Origin: Escherichia phage JLBYU24
Reading direction: 5' to 3' (one strand)
DNA length: 64,000 bases
Sequence record: OK272476.1
The notes under the pieces were generated by a model, which was not told the origin of the DNA, did no database searches, and saw only the letters and a list, made by a program, of their open reading frames with translations. The translations under genes were made by a program, and so were the position numbers. Positions 46,620 to 60,906 of this stretch are shown here, piece after piece (position 1 is the first letter of the stretch; the number at the start of each line of letters is the position of its first letter).

Positions 46620-48602
46620 ATGGCAAATACCCCTGTAAATTATCAATTAACAAGAACAGCAAATGCTATTCCCGAGATATTCGTCGGGGGTACGTTTGCT
46701 GAAATAAAACAAAACCTCATTGAATGGCTTAATGGCCAAAATGAATTTTTGGATTATGATTTTGAAGGCTCAAGATTAAACGTTCTGTGTGACCTTTTGG
46801 CTTATAATACGCTGTACATTCAACAGTTTGGTAATGCTGCTGTGTATGAAAGCTTTATGCGTACTGCTAACTTACGAAGTTCAGTTGTTCAAGCTGCACA
46901 AGATAACGGATATTTACCTACTTCAAAATCCGCTGCACAGACCGAAATTATGTTAACATGCACCGACGCATTGAATAGGAATTACATTACAATTCCTCGC
47001 GGAACTCGCTTTTTAGCATATGCAAAAGATACTTCTGTTAATCCATATAACTTCGTTTCTACCGAAGACGTTATTGCTATTCGTGATAAAAATAACCAAT
47101 ATTTTCCGCGTTTAAAATTGGCCCAGGGACGTATAGTAAGAACTGAAATCATTTATGATAAATTAACACCTATTATCATTTATGATAAAAATATTGATAG
47201 AAACCAGGTTAAATTATATGTTGATGGAGCGGAATGGATTAACTGGACGAGAAAGTCAATGGTTCATGCTGGTTCAACATCAACGATTTACTATATGCGT
47301 GAAACTATTGATGGAAACACTGAATTCTATTTTGGTGAAGGTGAAATTTCTGTTAATGCTTCTGAAGGAGCTTTGACCGCTAATTATATCGGAGGTCTTA
47401 AACCTACTCAGAACTCTACGATTGTCATTGAGTACATCAGTACTAATGGCGCTGACGCAAACGGAGCAGTCGGATTTTCATACGCAGATACATTAACAAA
47501 TATAACTGTCATCAATATTAATGAAAATCCAAACGATGACCCAGATTTTGTTGGAGCAGATGGTGGCGGTGATCCAGAAGATATTGAGCGTATTCGCGAA
47601 TTGGGTACTATTAAACGCGAAACCCAGCAACGATGCGTAACTGCGACAGATTATGATACATTTGTCTCAGAAAGATTTGGTTCTATTATTCAAGCCGTTC
47701 AGACTTTCACTGATTCTACTAAACCTGGTTATGCATTTATTGCTGCTAAACCTAAATCAGGATTGTATTTAACTACTGTGCAGCGTGAAGATATTAAAAA
47801 TTATCTCAAAGATTATAATTTAGCACCTATTACACCATCAATTATTTCTCCTAATTATCTTTTTATTAAGACTAATTTAAAAGTCACATATGCTTTAAAT
47901 AAGCTGCAAGAATCTGAACAGTGGCTTGAAGGTCAAATAATTGATAAAATTGATCGTTATTATACCGAAGACGTAGAAATTTTTAACTCATCTTTCGCTA
48001 AATCTAAGATGTTGACATATGTAGATGATGCAGATCATTCTGTCATTGGTTCATCAGCGACTATTCAAATGGTTCGTGAAGTACAAAACTTCTATAAAAC
48101 GCCTGAAGCGGGTATTAAATACAATAATCAAATAAAAGATCGTTCTATGGAATCTAATACGTTTTCATTTAATTCTGGACGAAAGGTTGTAAATCCTGAT
48201 ACTGGTTTAGAAGAAGATGTATTATATGACGTTCGTATAGTATCAACAGACCGAGATTCTAAAGGAATTGGTAAAGTTATTATTGGTCCATTTGCTTCTG
48301 GCGATGTTACAGAAAATGAAAACATTCAGCCGTATACAGGCAATGATTTTAATAAATTAGCAAATTCTGATGGACGTGACAAATATTATGTTATCGGTGA
48401 AATAAATTATCCAGCTGACATGATTTATTGGAATATCGCTAAAATTAATTTAACATCTGAAAAATTTGAAGTTCAGACTATTGAATTATATTCTGACCCA
48501 ACCGATGATGTTATCTTTACTCGCGATGGTTCACTGATTGTATTTGAAAATGACTTACGTCCACAATACTTAACTATCGATTTGGAGCCTATATCACAAT
48601 GA
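46620..48602 (+). CDS. 6: Baseplate wedge protein gp6
   Basis: 660 aa, T4 order and length. Confidence 0.9.
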   Translation: MANTPVNYQLTRTANAIPEIFVGGTFAEIKQNLIEWLNGQNEFLDYDFEGSRLNVLCDLLAYNTLYIQQFGNAAVYESFMRTANLRSSVVQAAQDNGYLPTSKSAAQTEIMLTCTDALNRNYITIPRGTRFLAYAKDTSVNPYNFVSTEDVIAIRDKNNQYFPRLKLAQGRIVRTEIIYDKLTPIIIYDKNIDRNQVKLYVDGAEWINWTRKSMVHAGSTSTIYYMRETIDGNTEFYFGEGEISVNASEGALTANYIGGLKPTQNSTIVIEYISTNGADANGAVGFSYADTLTNITVININENPNDDPDFVGADGGGDPEDIERIRELGTIKRETQQRCVTATDYDTFVSERFGSIIQAVQTFTDSTKPGYAFIAAKPKSGLYLTTVQREDIKNYLKDYNLAPITPSIISPNYLFIKTNLKVTYALNKLQESEQWLEGQIIDKIDRYYTEDVEIFNSSFAKSKMLTYVDDADHSVIGSSATIQMVREVQNFYKTPEAGIKYNNQIKDRSMESNTFSFNSGRKVVNPDTGLEEDVLYDVRIVSTDRDSKGIGKVIIGPFASGDVTENENIQPYTGNDFNKLANSDGRDKYYVIGEINYPADMIYWNIAKINLTSEKFEVQTIELYSDPTDDVIFTRDGSLIVFENDLRPQYLTIDLEPISQ

Positions 48603-51600
48603 CAGTAAAAGCACCTTCAGTCACTAGTCTCAGAATTTCCAAGTTATCCGCAAATCAGGTGCAAGTACGCTGGGATGACGTTGGTGCTAATTTCTACTAT
48701 TTTGTAGAAATCGCTGAGACAAAAACAAACTCGGGGGAAAATCTCCCGAGTAATCAATACAGATGGATTAACTTAGGATATACTGCAAATAACAGCTTCT
48801 TTTTTGATGATGCTGACCCATTGACATCATACATTATCAGAGTAGCTACAGCTGCACAAGATTTTGAGCAGTCTGATTGGATTTATACCGAAGAGTTTGA
48901 AACTTTTGCTACAAATGCTTATACATTTCAAAACATGATTGAAATGCAATTAGCTAATAAATTCATTCAGGAAAAATTTACTCTTAATAATTCTAACTAT
49001 GTTAATTTTAATAATGACACTATAATGGCTGCATTGATGAATGAATCGTTCCAATTCAGCCCATCATATGTTGACGTTTCATCAATAAGTAATTTTATTA
49101 TTGGTGAAAATGAATATCATGAAATACAAGGTTCTATTCAGCAAGTATGTAAGGATATTAACCGAGTTTATTTGATGGAATCAGAAGGGATTTTATACCT
49201 TTTTGAGCGTTATCAACCTGTAGTTAAAGTATCCAATGATAAAGGACAAACTTGGAAAGCTGTAAAGCTCTTCAATGACCGCGTAGGATATCCTTTATCT
49301 AAGACAGTATATTACCAATCTGCGAACACAACATACGTTCTAGGATACGACAAGATTTTCTATGGCCGCAAATCGACTGATGTTAGATGGTCAGCTGACG
49401 ATGTCAGATTTAGTTCTCAGGATATAACATTCGCTAAACTTGGCGACCAGTTACATTTAGGATTTGATGTAGAAATTTTTGCCACTTACGCGACTTTGCC
49501 AGCGAATGTATACCGCATTGCAGAAGCTATTACTTGCACCGATGATTACATTTACGTTGTCGCCAGAGACAAAGTTAGATACATAAAAACGAGTAATGCA
49601 CCTATAGATTCTGATCCATTATCTCCAACATATTCGGAAAGACTTTTTGAACCTGATACCATGACTATAACCGGAAATCCTAAAGCAGTATGTTATAAAA
49701 TGGATTCTATCGGTGATAAAGTTTTTGCTCTTATTATTGGTGAAGTTGAAACATTAAATGCTAATCCTAGAACATCAAAAATAATTGATTCCGCTGATAA
49801 AGGAATATATGTTTTAAATCATGACGAAAAAACATGGAAAAGAGTTTTCGGTAATACCGAAGAAGAAAGAAGACGTATTCAACCCGGATATGCGAATATG
49901 TCAACTGATGGTAAATTAGTTTCTCTGTCTTCGAGTAATTTTAAATTTTTAAGTGATAACGTTGTTAATGACCCTGAAACTGCTGTAAAATACCAGTTAA
50001 TCGGTGCTGTTAAATACGAATTTCCTCGCGAATGGTTAGCTGATAAACATTATCATATGATGGCGTTTATAGCGGATGAAAAATCTGATTGGGAGACTTT
50101 TACTCCTCAACCGATGAAATACTACGCAGAACCGTTCTTTAATTGGTCTAAAAAATCTAACACTCGTTGTTGGATAAACAACTCTGATAAAGCTGTTGTA
50201 GTTTATGCAGATTTGAAATACACCAAAGTTATTGAAAATATTCCAGAAACGTCACCAGATAGATTAGTGCATGAATACTGGGATGATGGCGATTGCACTA
50301 TAGTAATGCCAAATGTTAAATTCACTGGATTTAAAAAATATGCATCTGGGATGCTTTTCTATAAAGCCTCTGGTGAAATAATTTCTTACTATGATTTTAA
50401 CTATCGCGTGAGAGATACAGTAGAAATTATTTGGAAGCCAACTGAAGTATTTTTAAAAGCATTTTTACAAAACCAAGAGCATGAAACTCCTTGGTCGCCT
50501 GAAGAAGAGCGTGGATTGGCTGACCCTGATTTAAGACCATTGATTGGCACAATGATGCCTGATTCTTATTTGTTGCAGGATTCGAATTTTGAGGCATTTT
50601 GCGAAGCATATATTCAGTATCTTTCTGATGGATATGGAACTCAGTATAACAATTTACGAAATTTAATTCGTAACAAATATCCACGAGAAGAGCATGCATG
50701 GGAATATTTGTGGTCAGAGATATATAAAAGAAACATTTATTTAAATGCTGACAAACGTGATGCTGTTGCAAGATTTTTCGAATCACGTAGCTATGATTTT
50801 TATTCTACTAAAGGAATTGAAGCATCATACAAATTTCTTTTTAAAGTTCTTTATAATGAAGAGGTTGAAATTGAAATTGAATCTGGGGCTGGTACTGAAT
50901 ATGATATAATCGTTCAATCTGATTCTTTGACTGAAGACTTAGTAGGACAAACGATTTATACAGCTACAGGAAGATGTAATGTTACTTATATAGAAAGAAG
51001 CTATTCTAATGGTAAATTGCAATGGACCGTAACTATTCATAATCTTTTGGGACGATTAATTGCTGGCCAAGAAGTTAAAGCAGAAAGACTTCCTAGTTTT
51101 GAAGGCGAAATTATTCGTGGAGTTAAAGGAAAGGATTTGCTTCAAAATAATATAGACTATATTAATAGAAGTCGATCATATTATGTAATGAAAATTAAAT
51201 CCAATTTACCTTCTTCTCGTTGGAAATCTGACGTTATTCGTTTTGTTCATCCAGTAGGGTTTGGATTTATAGCAATTACCCTTTTAACGATGTTTATTAA
51301 TGTTGGTTTAACTCTTAAACACACAGAGACTATAATTAATAAATACAAAAACTATAAATGGGATTCTGGATTGCCTACTGAATATGCTGATAGAGTAGCT
51401 AAATTGACTCCAACTGGTGAAATTGAGCATGATTCGGTAACAGGCGAAGCAATTTATGAGCCTGGCCCAATGGCTGGTGTAAAATATCCTCTTCCTGATG
51501 ACTATAATGCTGAAAATAACAATTCAATATTTCAAGGTCAATTGCCGTCTGAACGACGTAAATTAATGAGTCCTCTATTTGACGCATCTGGAACAACATT

Positions 51601-51697
51601 TGCGCAATTTAGAGATTTAGTTAATAAACGTCTAAAAGATAATATAGGAAATCCAAGAGACCCTGAAAATCCAACACAGGTTAAAATAGATGAATGA
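48599..51697 (+). CDS. 7: Baseplate wedge protein gp7
   Basis: 1032 aa, T4 order and length. Confidence 0.9.
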   Translation: MTVKAPSVTSLRISKLSANQVQVRWDDVGANFYYFVEIAETKTNSGENLPSNQYRWINLGYTANNSFFFDDADPLTSYIIRVATAAQDFEQSDWIYTEEFETFATNAYTFQNMIEMQLANKFIQEKFTLNNSNYVNFNNDTIMAALMNESFQFSPSYVDVSSISNFIIGENEYHEIQGSIQQVCKDINRVYLMESEGILYLFERYQPVVKVSNDKGQTWKAVKLFNDRVGYPLSKTVYYQSANTTYVLGYDKIFYGRKSTDVRWSADDVRFSSQDITFAKLGDQLHLGFDVEIFATYATLPANVYRIAEAITCTDDYIYVVARDKVRYIKTSNAPIDSDPLSPTYSERLFEPDTMTITGNPKAVCYKMDSIGDKVFALIIGEVETLNANPRTSKIIDSADKGIYVLNHDEKTWKRVFGNTEEERRRIQPGYANMSTDGKLVSLSSSNFKFLSDNVVNDPETAVKYQLIGAVKYEFPREWLADKHYHMMAFIADEKSDWETFTPQPMKYYAEPFFNWSKKSNTRCWINNSDKAVVVYADLKYTKVIENIPETSPDRLVHEYWDDGDCTIVMPNVKFTGFKKYASGMLFYKASGEIISYYDFNYRVRDTVEIIWKPTEVFLKAFLQNQEHETPWSPEEERGLADPDLRPLIGTMMPDSYLLQDSNFEAFCEAYIQYLSDGYGTQYNNLRNLIRNKYPREEHAWEYLWSEIYKRNIYLNADKRDAVARFFESRSYDFYSTKGIEASYKFLFKVLYNEEVEIEIESGAGTEYDIIVQSDSLTEDLVGQTIYTATGRCNVTYIERSYSNGKLQWTVTIHNLLGRLIAGQEVKAERLPSFEGEIIRGVKGKDLLQNNIDYINRSRSYYVMKIKSNLPSSRWKSDVIRFVHPVGFGFIAITLLTMFINVGLTLKHTETIINKYKNYKWDSGLPTEYADRVAKLTPTGEIEHDSVTGEAIYEPGPMAGVKYPLPDDYNAENNNSIFQGQLPSERRKLMSPLFDASGTTFAQFRDLVNKRLKDNIGNPRDPENPTQVKIDE

Positions 51698-52694
51698 TTC
51701 AAGTGTTATCTATCGTGCGATAGTTACTTCAAAATTTAGAACAGAAAAAATGTTGAATTTTTATAATTCAATTGGAAGTGGTCCGGATAAAAACACTATC
51801 TTTATCACATTTGGAAGATCAGAACCGTGGTCATCAAATGAAAATGAGGTGGGCTTTGCCCCACCTTATCCAACCGATTCTGTATTAGGCGTAACTGACA
51901 TGTGGACGCATATGATGGGAACAGTAAAGGTTCTTCCATCAATGCTTGATGCTGTTATTCCTCGCAGAGATTGGGGAGATACTAGATATCCGGATCCATA
52001 CACATTTAGAATTAACGATATTGTAGTGTGTAACTCAGCTCCTTACAACGCTACTGAATCAGGCGCGGGTTGGTTAGTGTATCGTTGTTTAGATGTTCCT
52101 GATACCGGAATGTGTTCAATAGCATCTTTAACTGATAAGGATGAATGTCTCAAATTAGGTGGAAAATGGACTCCTTCTGCTAGGTCAATGACTCCTCCTG
52201 AAGGTCGAGGAGACGCGGAAGGAACAATCGAACCCGGCGACGGATATGTTTGGGAATATCTTTTTGAGATTCCGCCTGATGTATCTATAAATAGATGCAC
52301 GAATGAATATATCGTGGTTCCTTGGCCTGAGGAATTAAAAGAAGACCCGGCTAGATGGGGGTATGAAGATAATCTCACTTGGCAGCAAGATGATTTTGGA
52401 TTAATTTACCGTGTTAAGGCAAATACTATCCGTTTTAAAGCATATTTAGATTCAGTTTATTTTCCTGAAGCTGCATTGCCAGGAAATAAAGGATTTAGAC
52501 AAATATCAATAATCACGAATCCTCTTGAAGCTAAAGCTCATCCAAATGACCCAAATGTTAAAGCTGAAAAGGATTATTATGATCCGGAAGATTTAATGAG
52601 GCATTCGGGCGAAATGATTTATATGGAAAATAGGCCACCTATTATTATGGCAATGGATCAGACAGAAGAAATCAATATTCTGTTTACATTTTAA
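51690..52694 (+). CDS. 8: Baseplate wedge protein gp8
   Basis: 334 aa, T4 order and length. Confidence 0.9.
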   Translation: MNDSSVIYRAIVTSKFRTEKMLNFYNSIGSGPDKNTIFITFGRSEPWSSNENEVGFAPPYPTDSVLGVTDMWTHMMGTVKVLPSMLDAVIPRRDWGDTRYPDPYTFRINDIVVCNSAPYNATESGAGWLVYRCLDVPDTGMCSIASLTDKDECLKLGGKWTPSARSMTPPEGRGDAEGTIEPGDGYVWEYLFEIPPDVSINRCTNEYIVVPWPEELKEDPARWGYEDNLTWQQDDFGLIYRVKANTIRFKAYLDSVYFPEAALPGNKGFRQISIITNPLEAKAHPNDPNVKAEKDYYDPEDLMRHSGEMIYMENRPPIIMAMDQTEEINILFTF

Positions 52695-52698
52695 ATTA

Positions 52699-52723
52699 AG
52701 GGAGCCCATGGGCTCCCTTTTTC
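52699..52723 (+). terminator. Hairpin terminator after gene 8
   Basis: GGGAGCC-CAUG-GGCUCCC followed by UUUUUC. Confidence 0.55.
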
Positions 52724-52725
52724 TT

Positions 52726-52733
52726 TATAAATA
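52726..52733 (+). promoter_or_regulatory. Late promoter (TATAAATA) for gene 9
   Basis: Exact TATAAATA 25 nt upstream of gene 9 start. Confidence 0.65.
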
Positions 52734-52757
52734 CTATAAACTCATAAGGAAACCGCT

Positions 52758-53624
52758 ATGTTCATTCAAGAACCAAAGAAATTGATTGATACCGGCGAAA
52801 TTGGTAACGCTTCTACTGGTGATATCTTATTCGACGGTGGTAATAAAATTAATAGTGATTTTAACGCAATTTATAATGCGTTTGGCGATCAACGTAAAAT
52901 GGCAGTAGCAAATGGCACCGGAGCAGATGGTCAAATTATCCATGCTACTGGATATTATCAAAAACACTCTATTGCAGAGTATGCAACTCCAGTAAAAGTT
53001 GGCACTAGGCATGACATTGATACCTCTACTGTAGGTGTTAAAGTTATCATTGAAAGAGGCGAACTCGGCGATTGTGTCGAATTCATTAACTCTAATGGAT
53101 CAATATCAGTTACTAATCCTTTGACAATTCAAGCTATTGATTCAATTAAAGGTGTTTCAGGTAATTTAGTAGTAACTAGTCCATATAGTAAAGTAACTTT
53201 ACGCTGTATTTCATCTGATAATTCTACATCGGTTTGGAATTATTCTATTGAAAGTATGTTTGGACAAAAGGAATCACCAGCTGAAGGTACATGGAATATT
53301 TCTACATCTGGATCAGTTGACATTCCATTATTTCATCGCACTGAATACAATATGGCTAAATTGCTAGTTACATGCCAATCGGTAGATGGAAGAAAAATTA
53401 AAACAGCAGAAATAAATATTCTTGTGGATACTGTTAATTCAGAGGTCATTTCTTCTGAATATGCTGTCATGCGAGTTGGGAATGAAACCGAAGAAGACGA
53501 AATCGCTAATATTGCATTTAGTATTAAAGAAAATTACGTAACGGCGACTATAAGTTCTTCAACTGTCGGTATGAGAGCAGCAGTTAAAGTTATCGCTACG
53601 CAGAAAATCGGGGTGGCTCAATAA
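52758..53624 (+). CDS. 9: Baseplate protein gp9 (long tail fiber socket)
   Basis: 288 aa, T4 order and length. Confidence 0.9.
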   Translation: MFIQEPKKLIDTGEIGNASTGDILFDGGNKINSDFNAIYNAFGDQRKMAVANGTGADGQIIHATGYYQKHSIAEYATPVKVGTRHDIDTSTVGVKVIIERGELGDCVEFINSNGSISVTNPLTIQAIDSIKGVSGNLVVTSPYSKVTLRCISSDNSTSVWNYSIESMFGQKESPAEGTWNISTSGSVDIPLFHRTEYNMAKLLVTCQSVDGRKIKTAEINILVDTVNSEVISSEYAVMRVGNETEEDEIANIAFSIKENYVTATISSSTVGMRAAVKVIATQKIGVAQ

Positions 53625-55432
53625 TGAAACAAAATATTAATATCGGTAATGTTGTTGATGATGGTACCGGTGACTACCTGCGTAAAGGTGGTATAAAAAT
53701 AAATGAAAACTTTGATGAGCTTTATTATGAACTCGGTGATGGTGATGTTCCATATTCAGCCGGTGCCTGGAAAACTTATAATGCTTCATCAGGACAAACA
53801 TTAACAGCAGAATGGGGAAAATCATACGCTATTAATACATCTTCTGGAAGAGTGACTATAAATCTTCCAAAGGGTACAGTTAATGATTACAACAAGGTAA
53901 TTAGAGCTAGAGACGTATTTGCTACGTGGAACGTCAACCCAGTTACACTAGTAGCTGCTTCCGGCGATACGATTAAAGGGTCTGCAGTACCAGTTGAAAT
54001 TAATGTTCAATTCAGCGATTTAGAACTAGTGTATTGTGCCCCAGGACGTTGGGAATATGTCAAAAATAAACAAATTGACAAAATTACCAGTTCAGACATT
54101 AGTAATGTAGCTCGTAAAGAATTTTTAGTTGAAGTTCAAGGACAAACGGACTTTTTAGATGTTTTCCGTGGAACTAGTTATAATGTAAATAACATCAGAG
54201 TAAAACATCGTGGTAACGAATTATATTACGGCGATGTGTTTAGCGAAAACAGTGATTTTGGCTCTCCAGGCGAAAATGAAGGAGAACTGGTTCCTCTTGA
54301 TGGATTTAATATTCGATTAAGACAGCCTTGTAATATTGGTGACACTGTTCAAATTGAAACATTTATGGATGGTGTATCGCAGTGGAGAAGTTCATATACA
54401 AGACGTCAAATTAGATTGTTAGATTCAAAATTAACGTCAAAAACTTCTCTAGAAGGAAGTATTTACGTTACTGATTTATCAACAATGAAATCAATTCCAT
54501 TTTCTGCTTTTGGATTAATTCCAGGAGAACCTATTAATCCTAACTCTCTTGAGGTTCGTTTTAATGGGATTTTGCAGGAATTGGCTGGCACAGTTGGAAT
54601 GCCATTATTTCATTGTGTTGGTGCCGATTCAGACGATGAAGTAGAATGCTCTGTTTTAGGTGGAACTTGGGAACAATCTCATACCGATTATTCAGTTGAA
54701 ACTGATGAAAACGGCATACCGGAAATTTTACATTTCGATAGAGTATTTGAGCATGGTGACATTATCAATATCACCTGGTTTAATAATGATTTGGGTACAT
54801 TATTAACAAAAGATGAGATTATTGATGAAACTGATAATCTCTATGTATCGCAAGGACCAGGGGTAGATATTTCCGGTGATGTAAATTTAACAGACTTCGA
54901 TAAAATTGGTTGGCCAAATGTAGAAGCAGTTCAATCTTATCAACGCGAATTTAATGCTGTTTCAAATATCTTTGATACGATTTATCCTATTGGAACTATA
55001 TATGAAAACGCTGTTAATCCAAACAACCCTGTTACATATATGGGATTCGGCTCATGGAAATTATTTGGGCAAGGAAAAGTTTTAGTTGGATGGAATGAAG
55101 ATATTTCGGATCCGAATTTTGCTCTAAATAACAACGATTTAGATTCTGGCGGAAATCCTTCGCATACTGCAGGTGGAACAGGTGGTTCTACTTCTGTTAC
55201 ATTGGAAAATGCTAATCTTCCTGCAACTGAAACAGATGAAGAAGTTCTAATAGTTGATGAAAATGGATCAGTCATTGTTGGTGGGTGTCAATACGATCCA
55301 GATGAATCCGGTCCAATTTACACTAAATACCGTGAAGCTAAAGCATCTACTAACTCTACTCACACTCCGCCAACATCAATAACTAACATTCAACCATATA
55401 TTACAGTTTATCGTTGGATAAGGATTGCATAA
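53624..55432 (+). CDS. 10: Baseplate wedge protein gp10
   Basis: 602 aa, T4 order and length. Confidence 0.9.
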   Translation: MKQNINIGNVVDDGTGDYLRKGGIKINENFDELYYELGDGDVPYSAGAWKTYNASSGQTLTAEWGKSYAINTSSGRVTINLPKGTVNDYNKVIRARDVFATWNVNPVTLVAASGDTIKGSAVPVEINVQFSDLELVYCAPGRWEYVKNKQIDKITSSDISNVARKEFLVEVQGQTDFLDVFRGTSYNVNNIRVKHRGNELYYGDVFSENSDFGSPGENEGELVPLDGFNIRLRQPCNIGDTVQIETFMDGVSQWRSSYTRRQIRLLDSKLTSKTSLEGSIYVTDLSTMKSIPFSAFGLIPGEPINPNSLEVRFNGILQELAGTVGMPLFHCVGADSDDEVECSVLGGTWEQSHTDYSVETDENGIPEILHFDRVFEHGDIINITWFNNDLGTLLTKDEIIDETDNLYVSQGPGVDISGDVNLTDFDKIGWPNVEAVQSYQREFNAVSNIFDTIYPIGTIYENAVNPNNPVTYMGFGSWKLFGQGKVLVGWNEDISDPNFALNNNDLDSGGNPSHTAGGTGGSTSVTLENANLPATETDEEVLIVDENGSVIVGGCQYDPDESGPIYTKYREAKASTNSTHTPPTSITNIQPYITVYRWIRIA

Positions 55433-56091
55433 TGAGTTTACTTAATAATAAAGCGGGAGTTATTTCCCGCTTAGCCGATTTTCTTGGTTTTAGACCTAAA
55501 GCTGGTAATATAGATGTAATGAATCGTCAATCAGTTGGGTCAGTGACAATTTCTCAATTAGCGAAAGGATTCTATGAACCAAACGTAGAATCAGCTATTA
55601 ATGATGTTCATAATTTTTCTATAAAAGACATTGGTACAATTATTACTAATAAAACTGGTGTTTCTCCTGAGGGTGTTTCTCAAACTGATTATTGGGCATT
55701 TTCTGGAACTGTAACAGACGATTCTCTTCCTCCGGGTTCTCCTGTCACAGTATTAGTATTTGGTCTTCCAGTTTCAGCAACTACTGGAATGACGGCAATT
55801 GAGTTTGTTGCAAAAGTTCGTGTTGCCCTTCAAGAAGCTATTGCGTCATTTACTGCTATCAACTCATATAAAGACCATCCGACAGATGGTAGTAAATTAG
55901 AAGTTACTTATTTAGATAATCAAAAACATGTATTAAGCACATATTCTACATATGGAATAACTATTTCACAGGAAATTATTTCTGAGTCTAAACCTGGCTA
56001 CGGTACATGGAATTTATTAGGCGCACAAACTGTAACTTTAGATAATCAGCAGACTCCTACAGTACTTTATCATTTTGAGAGAACAGCATGA
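55432..56091 (+). CDS. 11: Baseplate wedge protein gp11 (short tail fiber attachment)
   Basis: 219 aa from ATG overlapping gp10 stop (TAATG). Confidence 0.88.
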   Translation: MSLLNNKAGVISRLADFLGFRPKAGNIDVMNRQSVGSVTISQLAKGFYEPNVESAINDVHNFSIKDIGTIITNKTGVSPEGVSQTDYWAFSGTVTDDSLPPGSPVTVLVFGLPVSATTGMTAIEFVAKVRVALQEAIASFTAINSYKDHPTDGSKLEVTYLDNQKHVLSTYSTYGITISQEIISESKPGYGTWNLLGAQTVTLDNQQTPTVLYHFERTA

Positions 56092-57671
56092 GTAATAATA
56101 CATATCAACACGTTTCTAATGAATCTCGTTATGTAAAATTTGATCCAACTGGTACAAATTTTCCGGAAGAGATTACTGATGTTCAGGCTGCTATAGCAGC
56201 CATTTCTCCTGCTGGCGTAAATGGAGTTCCTGATGCATCGTCAACAACAAAGGGAATTTTATTTCTTGCCACTGAACAGGAAGTTATAGATGGAACTAAT
56301 AATACCAAAGCAGTTACACCGGCAACGTTGGCAACAAGATTATCATATCCAAATGCTACCGAAGAAGTTTATGGACTTACACGTTATTCAACAGACGATG
56401 AAGCTGTAGCTGGTGTTAATAATGAATCATCTATAACTCCGGCTAAATTTACTACAGCAATTAATCACATTTTTGATACACGAATTTCTTCTGAAAGTTC
56501 ACTTGGCGTTATTAAGTTATCATCTCTACCGCAAGCATTAGCTGGTGCAGATGATACTACTGCAATGACTCCATTAAAAACGCAGCAGTTAGCTATTAAA
56601 TTAATTGCGCAAATTGCTCCTTCTGAAACCACAGCTACCGAATCGGACCAAGGTGTTGTTCAATTAGCAACAGTAGCGCAGGTTCGTCAGGGAACTTTAA
56701 GAGAAGGTTATGCGATTTCTCCTTATACGTTTATGAATTCATCTGCTACTGAAGAATATAAAGGCGTAATTAAATTAGGAACACAGTCAGAAGTTAACTC
56801 GAATAATGCTTCTGTTGCGGTTACTGGCGCAACTCTGAATGGTCGTGGTTCTACGACGTCAATGAGAGGCGTAGTTAAATTAACTACAACCGCCGGTTCA
56901 CAGAGTGGAGGCGATGCTTCATCAGCCTTAGCTTGGAATGCTGATGTTATCCATCAAAGAGGCGGTCAAACTATTAATGGAACACTCCGCATTAATAACA
57001 CGCTTACAATAGCTTCAGGTGGAGCAAATATTACCGGAACAGTTAACATGACCGGTGGTTATATTCAAGGTAAGCGTGTCGTAACACAAAATGAAATTGA
57101 TAGAACTATTCCTGTCGGAGCTATTATGATGTGGGCCGCTGATAGTCTTCCTAGTGATGCTTGGCGTTTTTGCCACGGTGGAACTGTTTCAGCATCAGAT
57201 TGTCCATTATATGCTTCTAGAATTGGAACAAGATACGGCGGAAGTTCATCAAATCCTGGATTACCTGATATGCGTGGTCTTTTTGTTCGCGGCTCTGGTC
57301 GTGGCTCTCACTTAACAAATCCAAATGTTAATGGTAATGACCAGTTTGGTAAGCCTAGATTAGGTGTAGGTTGTACTGGTGGATATGTTGGTGAAGTACA
57401 GAAACAACAGATGTCTTATCATAAACATGCTGGCGGATTTGGTGAGCATGATGATTCTGGAGCATTCGGTAATACCCGTAGATCAAATTTTGTTGGTACA
57501 CGTAAAGGACTTGACTGGGATAACCGTTCATACTTCACCAATGACGGATATGAAATTGACCCGGCATCACAACGAAATTCCAAATATACATTAAATCGTC
57601 CTGAATTAATTGGAAATGAAACACGTCCATGGAACATTTCTTTAAACTACATAATTAAGGTAAAAGAATGA
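56088..57671 (+). CDS. 12: Short tail fiber protein gp12
   Basis: 527 aa, T4 order and length, ATGA coupling. Confidence 0.9.
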   Translation: MSNNTYQHVSNESRYVKFDPTGTNFPEEITDVQAAIAAISPAGVNGVPDASSTTKGILFLATEQEVIDGTNNTKAVTPATLATRLSYPNATEEVYGLTRYSTDDEAVAGVNNESSITPAKFTTAINHIFDTRISSESSLGVIKLSSLPQALAGADDTTAMTPLKTQQLAIKLIAQIAPSETTATESDQGVVQLATVAQVRQGTLREGYAISPYTFMNSSATEEYKGVIKLGTQSEVNSNNASVAVTGATLNGRGSTTSMRGVVKLTTTAGSQSGGDASSALAWNADVIHQRGGQTINGTLRINNTLTIASGGANITGTVNMTGGYIQGKRVVTQNEIDRTIPVGAIMMWAADSLPSDAWRFCHGGTVSASDCPLYASRIGTRYGGSSSNPGLPDMRGLFVRGSGRGSHLTNPNVNGNDQFGKPRLGVGCTGGYVGEVQKQQMSYHKHAGGFGEHDDSGAFGNTRRSNFVGTRKGLDWDNRSYFTNDGYEIDPASQRNSKYTLNRPELIGNETRPWNISLNYIIKVKE

Positions 57672-59131
57672 CAGATATTGTACTGAATGACTTACCATTC
57701 GTTGACGGCCCTCCTGCGGAGGGCCAGAGCCGCATTTCCTGGATTAAAAACGGCGAAGAAATATTAGGAGCTGACACACAGTATGGAAGCGAAGGTTCAA
57801 TGAATAGACCTACAGTTTCTGTACTAAGAAATGTTGAAGTTCTTGATAAAAACATTGGAATACTTAAAACATCTTTAGAAACCGCAAATAGTGATATTAA
57901 AACCATCCAGGGCATCTTAGATGTATCTGGTGATATTGAAGCTTTGGCTCAAATAAGTATCAATAAAAAGGATATTTCTGACCTTAAAACGCTAACCAGT
58001 GAACATACAGAAATATTAAATGGAACTAATAGTACGGTTGACAGCATTCTTGCTGATATTGGTCCATTTAACTCTGAGGCCAACTCTGTATATAGAACGA
58101 TCAGAAATGATTTACTTTGGATTAAACGTGAATTAGGTCAATATACAGGTCAAGATATTAATGGTCTTCCTGTTGTAGGAAATCCTAGCACTGGAATGAA
58201 GCATCGCATTATTAATAATACTGATGTCATTACTTCACAGGGAATACGTTTAAGCGAATTAGAAACAAAATTTATTGAATCTGATGTAGGTTCTTTGACT
58301 ATTGAAGTTGGCAATCTTCGTGAAGAGCTTGGACCGAAACCGCCGTCATTTTCCCAAACTGTTTATAGTCGTTTAAATGAAATTGACACTAAACAGACAA
58401 CAGTTGAGTCTGACATTAGTGCTATTAAGACCTCAATAGGATATCCGGGAAATAATTCGATTATCACGAGTGTTAATACAAACACTGATAATATTGCATC
58501 TATTAATTTAGAGCTAAATCAAAGTGGAGGTATTAAACAGCGTTTAACCGTTATTGAAACTTCTATTGGTTCAGACGATATTCCTTCGAGTATTAAAGGA
58601 CAAATCAAAGATAATACAACTTCAATCGAAGCTCTAAACGGAATTGTGGGTGAAAACACTTCATCCGGTTTAAGAGCGAATGTTTCGTGGTTAAACCAAA
58701 TTGTTGGAACTGATTCTAGCGGTGGACAACCGTCTCCTCCTGGGTCTCTTTTAAACCGAGTTTCTACAATTGAAACTTCTGTTTCAGGCTTGAATAACGA
58801 TGTTCAAAACCTACAGGTAGAAATTGGTAATAACAGCACAGGAATTAAAGGGCAAGTTGTAGCGTTAAATACTTTAGTAAATGGAACTAACCCAAATGGT
58901 TCAACTGTCGAAGAACGCGGATTAACCAATTCAATAAAAGCTAACGAAACCAACATTGCATCAGTTACACAAGAAGTGAATACCGCTAAAGGTAGTATAT
59001 CTTCTCTGCAAGGTGATGTTCAAGCTCTCCAAGAAGCAGGTTATATTCCTGAAGCTCCAAAAGATGGCCAAGCTTACGTTCGTAAAGACGGCGAATGGGT
59101 ATTACTTTCTACCTTTTTATCACCAGCATAA
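57668..59131 (+). CDS. wac: Fibritin (whisker antigen control)
   Basis: 487 aa, extended coiled-coil repeats, C-terminal foldon-like [27 protein letters not shown]. Confidence 0.9.
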   Translation: MTDIVLNDLPFVDGPPAEGQSRISWIKNGEEILGADTQYGSEGSMNRPTVSVLRNVEVLDKNIGILKTSLETANSDIKTIQGILDVSGDIEALAQISINKKDISDLKTLTSEHTEILNGTNSTVDSILADIGPFNSEANSVYRTIRNDLLWIKRELGQYTGQDINGLPVVGNPSTGMKHRIINNTDVITSQGIRLSELETKFIESDVGSLTIEVGNLREELGPKPPSFSQTVYSRLNEIDTKQTTVESDISAIKTSIGYPGNNSIITSVNTNTDNIASINLELNQSGGIKQRLTVIETSIGSDDIPSSIKGQIKDNTTSIEALNGIVGENTSSGLRANVSWLNQIVGTDSSGGQPSPPGSLLNRVSTIETSVSGLNNDVQNLQVEIGNNSTGIKGQVVALNTLVNGTNPNGSTVEERGLTNSIKANETNIASVTQEVNTAKGSISSLQGDVQALQEAGYIPEAPKDGQAYVRKDGEWVLLSTFLSPA

Positions 59132-59134
59132 CAT

Positions 59135-59150
59135 GGGGCCGCAAGGCCCC
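59135..59150 (+). terminator. GNRA-tetraloop hairpin after wac
   Basis: GGGGCC-GCAA-GGCCCC; U tract displaced. Confidence 0.45.
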
Positions 59151-59163
59151 AAAGGATTTTTAA

Positions 59164-60865
<1,702 letters not shown>

Positions 60866-60906
60866 TAAATATTATAAACTAATTAAAGCCCAGATTAGGA
60901 GAAATC

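Noticed and set aside
44312-57915. Short antisense or out-of-frame ORFs inside late structural genes (44312..44512, 46327..46545, 47182..47376, 48128..48325, 50427..50786, 51399..51599, 52043..52378, 52827..53012, 53637..53825, 54982..55275, 57379..57637, 57655..57915)
   Set aside because: Embedded in long, well-supported structural genes.
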